DNA of 63,829 nt, counting the filler, from Octopus bimaculoides (lineage: Eukaryota): the NCBI RefSeq assembly GCF_001194135.2. It is 4 parts of 4 records of this genome, joined end to end, with 100 filler letters (N's around TTAATTAATTAA, not from the genome) between each part and the next. Parts side by side here need not be neighbours in the genome. Positions count along the whole stretch, not along the records: positions 1 to 30,227 come from NC_068996.1; 3 more parts are not named here. One strand, given 5' to 3'. Positions 13,531 to 24,070 of this stretch are shown piece by piece; the first letter of the stretch is position 1; every line of letters starts with the position of its first letter. A program made the translations under genes and the position numbers. Under the pieces are notes generated by a model. The model ran no database searches. It had not been told where the DNA came from and worked only from the letters and a program-made list of their open reading frames with translations.

Positions 13531-14499
13531 ATATAAATATAAATGTTATGTGAAAAGTTGTTTAATTCCCATTGGGTTCTGAATGAACAAACATATGATT
13601 AGACATTGCACCCAACACTACATTTTCAGTTGTAACCTTCATTTCTGTGATGGTAGGGTGTGATTTGAGAGAAATGTGGCTGCTAGTTCTAGCTGGTGGT
13701 GTGACCAAAAAACTCCCTTGCTCATTTGAATGGTGTTGAATTGGTGACAAGAAAAACTGTACAGTCTTTTAGACCTGACAAATGGCTTTGTATACACACA
13801 ATATAGAGAGGAATAGAGAGGTGAGCAGACAAAATGTTACATTACAAGTCTGTGCTGTTGATGCCAGCATAGAAGATGGACGTTATTGCAGGGAACTGGA
13901 GGTTGCTTGGAATTATTTTATTAAAATTTTAATTTGAAACAATTACTTCCATTTGTCAGAGCTCTCACCTGTCTAATTATATAATTAATATCTGAACCAT
14001 TCTATCATGTTTATTCCCTGAGAGGTGGGCAGAAATATATAATGACAAATGTTTATATGTATGAGCTTTAATAACTTTCTATCTATGTACATATATATAT
14101 ATATGTGTGTGTGTGTATGTATGTATGTACACATGTAATGTGTATAAAGATATATCTATGTATATATATTAGAATGGTGACAGCAAGATAGGCAAGGATG
14201 GAAATATTTTGATAAAATATTTCATTTCACTGTTAATTGATTAAGATTTGGCTATGCATTTATTTGCAAAAAAAAAGGGAAAAAATGGCTTTAATTGAAT
14301 ATTGAATTATGTAAGGCTATTTGAGGTAGTTAATTAACATGGAAAAATATTGATGTGAAAATTACATTAAAAAACAAAATGTAACGACCCATCAAAACTA
14401 GTTAATACCCTAATCAGTTGCTACAGAATCAATATAAAAAAATGTGTTTGTTATTTATAGGAGCTATTTTTAATGTTTTAATCCGGCTACACATGAGGT

Positions 14500-15050
14500 C
14501 TTGCTAATCTAATTAGTGTTGTGTAAATATTGCACAAAAGTTGGTGTGTAGGGGAGTAAGAGGGGGATTAAATTGTTATTTTGGATGGTTGTTGTTGTTT
14601 AATGCAGGTCATTTCTGATTGAGCAGATCTAGGTTGTCGATTGAAGAAATAGATGTGACTTACAGATGTATTGTTCTAGATATGCCATGACTGTACTTTG
14701 TAGGAGAACATTACGGTAAAGTCTGACCTGTGTACTCTATCATATAGGATGCAGTGTGGCTGTCTAAACATATTGTACTACCTCTACTGTCTGGTTGTAT
14801 TTCATTTGATGATTGTCACAGTGGGAGTGAGGGAGATAGACTTGGTCAGAACATGCCAGTTGTTGTTCTGTACTCTCTATTGATGAAGTGCCTCCTAGAA
14901 CAATGATTGGGGTTAATGTCTTTATTAATACCAAGTGTATTTTTTGCATTTCTTTTGACTTAGCAGGAGACAATATTTTTAAGATGATGATGTAGTATTA
15001 TTCTGGGGTATTGTAGATGTCTGGATGTTTGAGGTGACTATATATTCTAA
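14500..15050 (-). mobile_element. Possible Penelope-like GIY-YIG region remnant
   Basis: Weak, stop-riddled translation resembling the C-terminal endonuclease region of Penelope-like elements; judged from memory only. Confidence 0.35.
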
Positions 15051-15259
15051 TATGAAGACTGTCAGGGTTGGAGTTTGTTATGGCAACAAATTGTGCTTCA
15101 GTGTGTCAAAGGCTACATGGTAGCTTCACTAGTGCTGGTGCCATGAAAAATGGGAAAAAGCACTCAGTGTACACTGTGAAGTAGTTGGCATTAGGAAGTT
15201 GTAAAAGTCGTGTCAAAGCAGTCACTGGAGCATGATACAGACTTTGAATCCATGTCAGC

Positions 15260-16316
15260 ATATAACACTACATCTGATTCCTCTTATGCCTAGTTTTTCT
15301 CTACACATATTTGTACTTTGTTGTTCATACACACTTACATTGCACATCCAACAGAAGGTACTAGTTTCATTTTTTATCCTGTCTTCTTAAGACAGCTGCC
15401 TTACTAATGTGCAGCATTGCAATTGTAATACAAGTGTCATACAATCTGCCCTTTACATTTTTACCAACCTTTTTTCACCTTGGCTGCTATACTTTCTGTG
15501 CAACCATTTCCTTGGTAACAAAAACTACATATTGCAAGCCATCTGAGTATTTACAAGAATCTTTTTCCAGTGTGCTCATAGTATGTTGTGCTCCAGTGAA
15601 CTATCACATAGGAAAGCGTACATTCTTGGATAGTCTGCCTGTGATTCCACTACACAGCTTGTGTCCATAACTTACATCAGGTACAATGTGTGGAGTTTAT
15701 ACCTACTCTTCAACTTATCAAGCAAGGCTTTTTCCATCAAGAAACTAGGGTCCTGTCTTCTTTCCTACTTACTAAAACCATAGTCTATGCTAAGTTTATC
15801 TTGAGGCCTCACAATTCTGTTTCGCTTTCATGCCTGAAATTTCCTCTCTATTAAACTATAACTAGATCATCAGCATACAGGAGTTCCCAAGGACAGCTAG
15901 TCTTGAACTCCTCTGCAATGGACTATAGGACTTTGATGAATAGGAATGAATTGAGAACTTAGCTTTGATGGGCTCCAACCGTCACACCAAACTTCTCTCT
16001 GAAGTCATTGATGACTCTCACTTTAATTACTGTGCCTTTATAAATGGCTTGTACAGTTCTCATAAGCCATTTATCAATGCCTAGTTTCTTTAGTGACCAT
16101 CAAATTGCTGTATGTGATACCTTGTCAAATGCCTCCACATTAACAAAGTTTAGGGATAATGATTTACTCTTAGCTAAGTATTTCTCTTGTCTTGCTAAGA
16201 CATGAAATCACACTGCATCTCTTCTAGGTTTATCCCGGTGGTTCCTAACCTTTTCACTACCAAGGATCCCTTTTATTTAAATGAGTTTTCCAACAGACTC
16301 CTCTTAATATGCTTAT

Positions 16317-16353
<37 letters not shown>

Positions 16354-16800
16354 TTTGAATTTAGTTCATGGACCTTTGCAGATCACAGGTTGGGAACCAC
16401 TGGTTTATCCTATCATGAATTGTGTTGTGACTTTCATAACCTGATCCAGTTTGCTTGATTCCTCTATAGCTTCTCTCTCTGGTGAATCTCTTTTGCCGTT
16501 TGTAGCAGTTTATTATGAAACTGCTTTGCCAATCCAGGTAGTTATATCCTCACCAGATATTTTGAGCATCTCACCCCCCTGATTCTTGTGTTTATAACAT
16601 GTGCAAATTTCTCCCTTTTTTTCTCCTTAGCCAAGTATACCCATCGTATTGCTTTTCTAGCCATTTGATAATACTCCCTATTAGCATCTTTCTAGGTTTT
16701 TTTCCAAACTTGTTACTTAGCTTTTAGTTCCCTTTCAACTATCATTCCATTTTGTTAAGAGGGTTGTTCTTGTGTTGGGGACATGGAATGGTTTGAACAT
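15260..16800 (-). mobile_element. RTE-clade LINE reverse transcriptase fragment, interrupted by a hAT MITE
   Basis: Translation gives FVNVEAFDKV, V.VGAHQS.VL..FLF, CPWELLYADDL and downstream CSGITGRL, i.e. RT domains with the YADD motif. Confidence 0.85.
16236..16402. mobile_element. hAT-type MITE (167 bp) with perfect 8-bp TSD
   Basis: TIRs CGGTGGTTCCTAACC / GGTTGGGAACCACTG; GTTTATCC duplicated at 16228-16235 and 16403-16410; internal (TA)n. Confidence 0.92.
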
Positions 16801-17109
16801 TAGCATCCTGGTAAACCATCAGCTTATTTCAAACTCCTTTTATTAATGGCATATCATAGAATGGATTCCTTTCAGTTAGCTTTCTGGTTAAAATTTTTGT
16901 TGTTTCCAGGCATGCCTTTAACCTGCAAATGGGATGCACAAAGTATTAAAAATTGTCACAATAGGAAAATATTGCTAATAAGGCATTAACCATCTTAACT
17001 ATTTGTTACTATATTTCTTTTGAAATACATTACCTTTGAACAAAATTTTGTACACAATGAAGAATTTAGTAAACTAACGAAAATAACTTTGTCGTTATTA
17101 AGCTTTATA

Positions 17110-17482
17110 GGTACAGGTGTGGCTGTGTGGTAAGAAGCTTATTTCTCAACCACATGGTTCTTAGTTCAGTCCCATTGCATGGCACCTTGGGCAAGTGTCT
17201 TGGCCTCAGGCTGACCAAAACCTTGTGAGAGATTTGGTAGACTGAAACTGAAAGAAGCCTGTCATATATATGTATTTACCTGTGTGTGTGTTGTCTTTGT
17301 GTCTGTGTTTGTCCTCCACCTCTACTCGACAACTAGTGTTGGTGTGTTTACATCCCCATAACTTAGCTGTTCAGCGAAAGAGATCAATAGAATATGTACT
17401 ATGCTTAAAAAGATAAGTCCTGGGGTCAATTTGTTCAACTAAAACCCTGGCTGCTGTCAAATTACTCAAACAAGTAAAGGAT
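17110..17482 (+). mobile_element. tRNA-derived SINE (major family)
   Basis: Colinear with the reverse complement of 56345-56756. Confidence 0.88.
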
Positions 17483-18481
17483 GTTTGGAACGTAATTTCA
17501 CTTGTAATTTTAATGGAAGGTTATAATTTAGACCACTTTAAAACACAAAGTTTGTAACATAAGACCAAAAGTGGTCTCAGGTGGGTTGGAATCAAAAGAG
17601 TTAACCAAGACTTCCAAAAAGCAAAAACACATCTCACCTACTCTATGCTCTCTTACTATTACTACTATGGACTTTTATTTTTAGTTCTTGATGTTTACCT
17701 GCTGTGTCTTCTGCACTCCATTACCTTTTACTCACCCCCTTTCTCTCTCTCACATACACAGTCTTGTGCCAAGCATTAATCACATTTGGCTCTTTTATTT
17801 TAAGAACCACCACTGGAACTGTCTCTTCAACAATTGTCTTTCGTGCACCCATGTTAACTGCACCAGCCTCACTTATTCACTTACCAGACCTCAAGTCATG
17901 TCACCACCACCACCACCACTATAATGAAGAAAACAGAAAAATGTTTGACAGAGATAAAATTGAGACTACCACTGTTACTACTACTACTGCTGCTGCCACT
18001 GTTGCATACCATTAATAATTTCAGCCAATGGGATAACATCTTTGTGGCCATTCAGGTTGCTAGAAATAGCAGCCAAATCTCCTTTAAATTATACCCCTCC
18101 TTTCCATCTTTCCTCATGTAATCCTTGATATACTATGTTTAAAAAGAAATATATGAAATGGTCATGGCTGGGATACTTTTTGGTCATTAGCCTGCTTGAT
18201 CTTGACTGAGTTGGTGCTAAACAACAATCAACATTGGTGATTAGGGAAGTATTTTAAAGACAAAACTTTTTTTTTTATTATTGTTTGATTTTATATTTAT
18301 TGTGAAAGCAAATTTGACAAAGATTAAAAAAAAACAACTTTTTTTTTCTTTTTACTCTTTCTTGGAATTTTTCTGAGAAAACTAGAATATTTTTTATTTA
18401 TCAGTATTGATCAGCAAACAATTCTTTTGCTGAAATTATAAACAAAGCCAGTTGCTTGTTTTGGCTCAAAGATCAGAGTAC

Positions 18482-18531
18482 TTCTGACTGATGAGATGCA
18501 AGACACATGTTGAAACACCAGTGTCTCAGAA
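18482..18531 (+). ncRNA. Minimal type I hammerhead ribozyme motif
   Basis: Helix I TTCTGA/TCAGAA (6 bp); core CTGATGA 18488-18494; helix II GATGC/ATGTT (wobble-rich); GAAA 18512-18515; helix III ACAC-CA-GTGT; cleavage triplet GTC 18523-18525. Confidence 0.75.
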
Positions 18532-18929
18532 TCCTTTGCACCAACGGGCTGACATACACACATGTTGTTGTTAAAAGTTATTTTCCTGTGATATACACAA
18601 TATTGGCTAGCATATTTGTGTTTGAATCTACCAGAATGTATTAAGAATAAATATGCAAATCATCATCATAAAATATTCATTTTAAAGAGTTTTTCACAAA
18701 TTTGAAGAAATATTTTTGTTAGCTTTTTGATAATTCTATTAAATATGAGGTCTTGGTTTGTTAATGTTCTGGTTGTTGTGGTTGCTATTGAACCTTACAG
18801 TCTAGATATATGATTAAAGGTGTTTAAACTGAGACCATCTGGTTTGGTGTTTCAGATAGTCATTTGGTTAAAACCACACAGTCTTAGGTTCAGTCTTGCT
18901 GTATAGCACCTTGAGCTAGTGTTTTCTAT

Positions 18930-19450
18930 TATTACCTCATCATTACCATCATCATTTAACACCCCTTTTTTCATGTTGGCAGGGGTTGGACAGTTTAACA
19001 AGAATAGGTGAGCCAAAAGGGTCCACCAGGTCATGTAGCATAGTTGTTCATACACAGGCATCATACAAGCAATCTGCCTTTCATTCTGAGAGAGAGGGCT
19101 TTTATTACCATCAGTTCTCTGAACTTTCTGTAGCTATTTCATATTCTAGTAACTATACTTTCTGAGCTTCCTCCTCTACTGCTAATTAGGTCACCTAGAT
19201 AACAGAAAATATCTAGTAGTTCTAGGAAGCCTCCTGGGCATTTCAGAACTTCTATTTCCTGTTTGCTCTTATTATTCATTGCTCCTGCACATCTGCTACA
19301 AGCAAATTCTACTTTATTAATTATCTTTGATTTCACTGCACCTCTTTTGTGTTCATAGTTTGCACTGAACAGACCATATGAATTTTCTACCTACAATTTA
19401 TCTACATATGGAACAGGGTCATCCACCTGGAGGGATTAATGTTCTGTCTG
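18930..19450 (-). mobile_element. RTE-clade LINE 3' end
   Basis: ORF 19139-19336 (F.CSRCAGA...FCYLGDLISSRGG.SESIVTRI) followed by the family 3' UTR and a (CAT)n-type tail. Confidence 0.85.
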
Positions 19451-19846
19451 TTTTCCTGTTTATTAGAACTTCAGTTTATGCTAAGCTAACCTTAAGACCT
19501 TTTAAATTCAGGTTTTGTTTCCTCATGTTACCCAATTCCTTGTGAATGATTGACAAAAACTGTATGGAACCTTTTTATAATGCAATTAATTGCGAAGAAA
19601 TCTTGATAAACAGGGATCAGTGAATAATATAGAATTGAATAATAACAATCAGGATATGTGTTTAAAAATTGACTCCAAAAAATTGATTGATGATAAGAAA
19701 AAAAAGTCAGCCAGTGATAAGAAAAATTAGATTAAATATTTTGCTGTTTTGTTTTCAGTTGAAATTTTATTAGGGCAGATGTCCATCTTTTCAATAGTAG
19801 TGTTAATAAAATACATAACAGTTGTATGTTGAGGAGATTGGTTTAA

Positions 19847-20058
19847 CTCTTTAGCATTCAGATTACTCTGTCAAATATATTTATTTATTCACATTGTTCT
19901 GAATTAATCAGGCATTACCTCATAGCTTTCATATTTCAATGGTATGATTGTTTTGTTCTTAGACTGACATTGTAGGGTAGGTGAGATAGGCCATTTACAT
20001 CTAGTTTCATCATAAAGCATGTAGAATATTTCAGCCAGATATGGCCAGCTTAAAAAGA
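19847..20058. mobile_element. piggyBac-type MITE, one end truncated
   Basis: TTAA|CTCTTTAGCATTCAGATTACTC start; homologous to 26809-27000. Confidence 0.7.
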
Positions 20059-20209
20059 ATCACTTCACACAAAATTTGCAATTTTAAATCATTGTCAGGA
20101 AGCAAGAGTTGGAAAATGATTTTATTGGAATAGAATGTTGGAATATCATTTCAAACTTTTAACCAAATTATATTTATTTATTTATGTTTATTTTCTTTTT
20201 TTTTTTCAG

Positions 20210-20290
20210 GCTTCAAGAAGATCCTCCTGCCGGTGTGAGTGGTGCACCAACAGATAACAATATTATGCTATGGAATGCTGTGATTTTCGG
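20210..20290 (+). CDS. UBE2A: Internal coding exon of RAD6/UBE2A-UBE2B-type E2 ubiquitin-conjugating enzyme: (R)[26 protein letters not shown](G)
   Basis: Long polypyrimidine tract ending TTTTCAG at 20209, GT donor at 20291. The translation matches the conserved RAD6 N-terminal region. The 81-nt length and phase-2 boundaries match my recollection of exon 2 of vertebrate UBE2A/B. Confidence 0.95.
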
Positions 20291-21391
20291 GTTAGACTTG
20301 GTTTTCCATTTCTAAAGTTTTATGTTAATTTGTACACATTATATCCTATATTTTAGTCATTTCAAGTAAGTCATTCACTCTGGTTGTTATCTGTGTCCCC
20401 TTCAGTCTGCCATTTTAATTGCCTTTCAACCATTTCTTGTAAATTTGATAAATTTTATTACTCTAAAGGAGCAAGGTACAAAACTGAGCCATTTTCTTTG
20501 TAGATTTTGTCATTTGGATGAAGTTTATAGAAATATATTTGGATGCAGAACTAATGTAGTCAAGTAAATGTGATGAGATTAGTCAGTCATAGATCCTGAG
20601 TTCAAATCTACTAGCTGCTCTAGTTGTAAATATTCTTAATTTCATCCCTTTCTGTTCACTTAAGTTGTTAGCAATATGTATTAGATCTGATGTTGGCTAG
20701 CATTTTGGAACTTAAGTATTTGCCATTCATAACATTACAATTATTAAAAGTATTTACATATATTGTAACATTTACTACAATGTTTATTACTGAGTGTTGT
20801 AAGTGACCTCAAAGTTCATTCTCCATGTGCTCTGATCGGACCTCCATGTGGCTGGTTTGTATGGTTATAGTGTGCTTGAGAGCTGCTCATGAGGTCTCAG
20901 TATCCAACTTCTATGAAGGTTTTTTTTTTAATTTCAAGACATGATGAAATAATTGCATTTCAATCCAGATACCTGAAAAAATAAGTTGCAAAGTGGGTTA
21001 ATGAATAAAAATCATTGCCAGCCTTTATTTGACAAAAAATTGTCTCAACATTTGATTTTGTACACCCTCTAAAACTATGAAAATTGAGAACTGGGGGTAA
21101 ATATTACAAAGCTTTGTTTAATTGATGCTTAGTTTTCTGGTTATATCTTCATTTTACAAATTTTCATCTAATGATGATGATTATGTGAAATAAAACCATA
21201 ATTGTGTGGATTAAATGAGACAGAATCATCATCATTATTGTGTCTAAATATTGGAATGAGCAGATATTTAGATAAAAATAAATTGACTGTCTACTCATCT
21301 AAAATTAACATGTCTACTGCTGTTTCAGTTGATGCATTCAATGTTTACTGGCTACACTGTTTCACTTCAGGTCTTAAGTGAAATTTATATT

Positions 21392-21690
21392 ACTATATGT
21401 CTTCTTAACATGGATCACGGTGTACAGTGAGAGCTTGATAGGTTTATCACAACACCATTTGTAATAGTTGGGGTTTATAAAACTATATGTCCTTTCTGAC
21501 ATCAACCATAGTTTACAGTGAGGGCTGGTAGGTTTATAATGACAACACCTGTAGTAGTTGGGCTTATATAACTGTATGGCCTTCTTAATATCAACCACTG
21601 TATACAGAGAGGACTAGGTAAGCTTATGATACCACCAACAGTAGCTGGGGTTTATGTAACTGTCCTTTCTAATGTTGATCAGTGAGGGCT
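21392..21690. repeat. Degenerate ~90-bp tandem repeat, ~3.3 copies
   Basis: Recurring ACT(A/G)TATG...ACAG(T/A)GAG...AG(G/C)TTAT...TAG(T/C)TGGG(G/C)TTTAT at about 90-bp spacing. Confidence 0.75.
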
Positions 21691-22954
21691 ATCATTATCA
21701 TCATCATCATTTAACGTCTGTTTTCCATGCTGGCATGTGTTGGATGGTTTGACAAGAACTGGTTAGGCAGAAGACTGCACCAGGTTTCACTGTCTGTTTT
21801 GGCAGGGTTTTTATGGCTGGATGCCCTTCCTAATACCAACGATCTTACAGAGTGGACTGAGTGCTCTTTACGTGATGCCAGCACCAATATAAAAATTTAT
21901 ATGCTTGGTTTTCACAACTACATGTTGGTGAAAAAATATTATTTGCCTATGGTGGCGCTGATTACTTGTTAGAAATCATCTTAGTAGTTTAGGGTTGTGG
22001 ACACAAGTAAGAATTACAGACAATTGATTAGACTGAAACCATATCTGTCTATTGACAGATTGTACAAATTAAAAAAATGAAACTTAATACTCTTTTCTTT
22101 TTTGAAATTATAGGAGTGCTGTATTTCTCATGGCATCACACTGTTAGCATTTATATTCTACATTATGTTGTCAAATTAATGAAGTTATAAAAGCCAACTT
22201 TCTGATAAGACCTTGTTGTTTTGTATCATTTTGAAATGTTTGTGTAAGAACAATCTTCTTTAATTTTCTAAATAGGACCCCCTTCATCAACATAACATGG
22301 ACGACATACATAAATCATGTTAGAGACCTGACCAAAGTTTCTTGTGAATGTCAGTAGTTTTGAGGTTTACATGTTTATACTCAGTTGTATTTTGAATGGG
22401 AGTATAGGGGAGTAATACATCTGGAAATGACAAATACACAAAACAGAAGATATTCATGTGTATATGCAATGGTGGGTTTGAAATGGAAAGTAATTTCATA
22501 TCAAAATAATCTTTGGTAATAGTATTCTTACAGCAGCTTCTTGGTATTTCTGGTCCATGGATGGAGAAGATATATGAACTTTGAAAAAGTTAAAAAAGTA
22601 TCTTTATCAAAAGAGACAAGATTGTTGCCAAACCAATTATTCCTAATAACTGAAAACAATATATTACCTCAAAGAGCTCTGTATTATATATAACGCCATG
22701 GTTGAGCCATATATTCTCAACTCTTTGAGATATTTCAAGTGTCATAAGTTTGTTCATTCTGACAGGCAATGGCCTTGAGTTGAAGGTTATGATGATATTG
22801 ACTGCATGTCCATTTGATTTCAATTAAAGAGAAAAACAATTCAAGTGCAAAGAAAGGGGGGGGGGAATCTTGCTTAGATGCAAAGTGCTTAATTTCTCTT
22901 AAAGATTATTTTTGTTCTTGTCCTTCATAAATAATGAAAGATCCCCAAGAAGAT

Positions 22955-23355
22955 ATGGCTCCGTGACAAGAAGCTTGCTTTCCAACCACATAGTTTTGGG
23001 TTCAGTCCCATTGTAAGGCAGCGGCTTGGTCAAGTATCTTCTACTATAACCCTGGCTGACCAAAGCCTTGTGAGTGAATTTGGTAAGCTGAAAATCTGGT
23101 GTGTGTGTGTGTGTAAGAGAGAGATGTGTATGTATGTATGTATATATCTATGTTTATCTCTCCATTTATGTCCCTTGTCACTGCTTGACGACTGGTGCTG
23201 GTTTGTTTACATCCTCATAACTTAAACAGTTCAGCTAAAGAGACCAGTAGAGTAAGTACCAGACTTATAAAATAAGCACCAGGGTTGATTTGTTTGAATA
23301 AGCCCTTCGGAGCAGCGCCCTAACATGGCTGAAACAAGTAAAAGATAAAAAGATT
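22955..23355 (+). mobile_element. tRNA-derived SINE (major family)
   Basis: Head GGGTTCAGTCCC, core AAAGAGACC, tail GAAACAAGTAAAAGATAAAAAGA. Confidence 0.88.
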
Positions 23356-23700
23356 CTTCACAGTTATCCACCCTTAGTATCGTCTCCAAGAAACTAATTT
23401 TAAGAGTCCTGATAGCATCAGATTAAATCATCATCATCATTTAACGTCTGTGTTCCATGCTAGCGTGGGTGGGAGGTTATAATAAACATTATGGCATCCG
23501 TAGCTCTGATGTTAGATATTAGTAACTCTGATTTGTTACATGCAAGTCACTGCTAGTGCTGATGTACTGAATGATGTAATCAAAATATTAAGACCCACAT
23601 TTCCATGCTTGCATGGGCCAAACAGTTTGAGGCAGATTTTCTAGTCAGATGTCCTTTCTGTTGCCAACACTCACTTGTTTCCAAGCATGGTAATACTCCC

Positions 23701-24070
23701 CAAAGGTGGGCACTATTAATTGAAAAGTTAACTCTGTTAATCTGTTAACCAAAAAAGTTAACTTCGTTAACCGTTAATCAGTTAATTCTTTAAAAATGTA
23801 ACGGAAGTAATTGATAAACCATTAATGTTAAATTTTATTATAGAAAAAACAAAAAACTCAGTTTTTGCTCTAAAAATCACCTAAAAACACCTTTAAAAAA
23901 TGCCAAAACTATAAGATCAATTGACTTCAATTAAATTGAAGTTAACGGAAGTTAAATGTAACAGAAGTTAATTGGTCCAATAATGATTTCCAAAGTTAAC
24001 TTAAAGTTAAATCATTAAAGAAAATGTTAACTTTGTTAATTAACGATTAATGGTTTAGTGGCCAGGTTTG
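23701..24070. mobile_element. hAT-like MITE rich in GTTAAC subterminal repeats
   Basis: Imperfect TIRs CAAAGGTGGGCACTA / TAGTGGCCAGGTTTG; degenerate 8-bp TSD ATACTCCC / ATATTCTC; splits an older repeat. Confidence 0.7.

Noticed and set aside
20505-20530. Minus-strand K-L-H-P-N resembling the E2 FHPN motif
   Set aside because: Wrong strand for the exon and no flanking similarity.
22276-22360. AG acceptor followed by G-ACC-CCC-TTC (G-T-P-F), reminiscent of RAD6 exon 3
   Set aside because: It lacks the preceding P-x-x and following EDG, has no donor at 26 nt, and hits a stop after 28 codons; most likely chance or a cryptic acceptor.
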